A stretch of 64,000 nt of DNA from Malacoraja senta (taxonomy: Eukaryota), in contig CM075989.1 of NCBI GenBank assembly GCA_038087875.1, positions 21,206,001 through 21,270,000 on the forward strand. Reading direction: 5' to 3'. The notes below the pieces were generated by a model. It did not search any database. It was not told the origin of the DNA and saw only the letters and a list, made by a program, of their open reading frames with translations. Position numbers and translations under genes: made by a program. Each line of letters opens with the position of its first letter. Within the stretch, counting starts at the first letter, position 1. This document shows, in pieces, positions 63,953 through 64,000 of the stretch.

Positions 63953-64000
63953 CTCCCTCCTCGCGTTTTCAACCTTTGGAAGCTTTTTTGACCCTCTGTT

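Overview
Eukaryotic, repeat-rich, apparently intronic/intergenic DNA, most likely from a cartilaginous fish (skate/ray-like; inferred from the repeat families). No host protein-coding exon is recognisable, and every ORF I can identify is a decayed retrotransposon fragment. Contents: about 30 HE1-type tRNA-derived V-SINEs; CR1/HER1-type, Rex1/Babar and L2 LINE 3' fragments; Penelope-like (GIY-YIG) remnants with many solo or inverted pLTRs; PIF/Harbinger-like MITEs; a CORE-type SINE; microsatellites; and a 200-N gap. The main finding is at the RNA level. Four short TSD-flanked retroposons from two sequence-unrelated families (5070-5195, 46983-47122, 63608-63752; and 51434-51639) begin with an HDV-like ribozyme fold, intact in the 63608 and 51434 copies and decayed in the other two. 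They share one architecture: ribozyme, 5-nt spacer, ~10-bp long-range stem, NN-ACGC(AAG)n tail. A third, RTE-like element (8644-9053) starts with a variant HDV-like fold, and the Penelope pLTRs carry minimal hammerhead cores. All folds were assigned by eye, and catalytic activity is untested.
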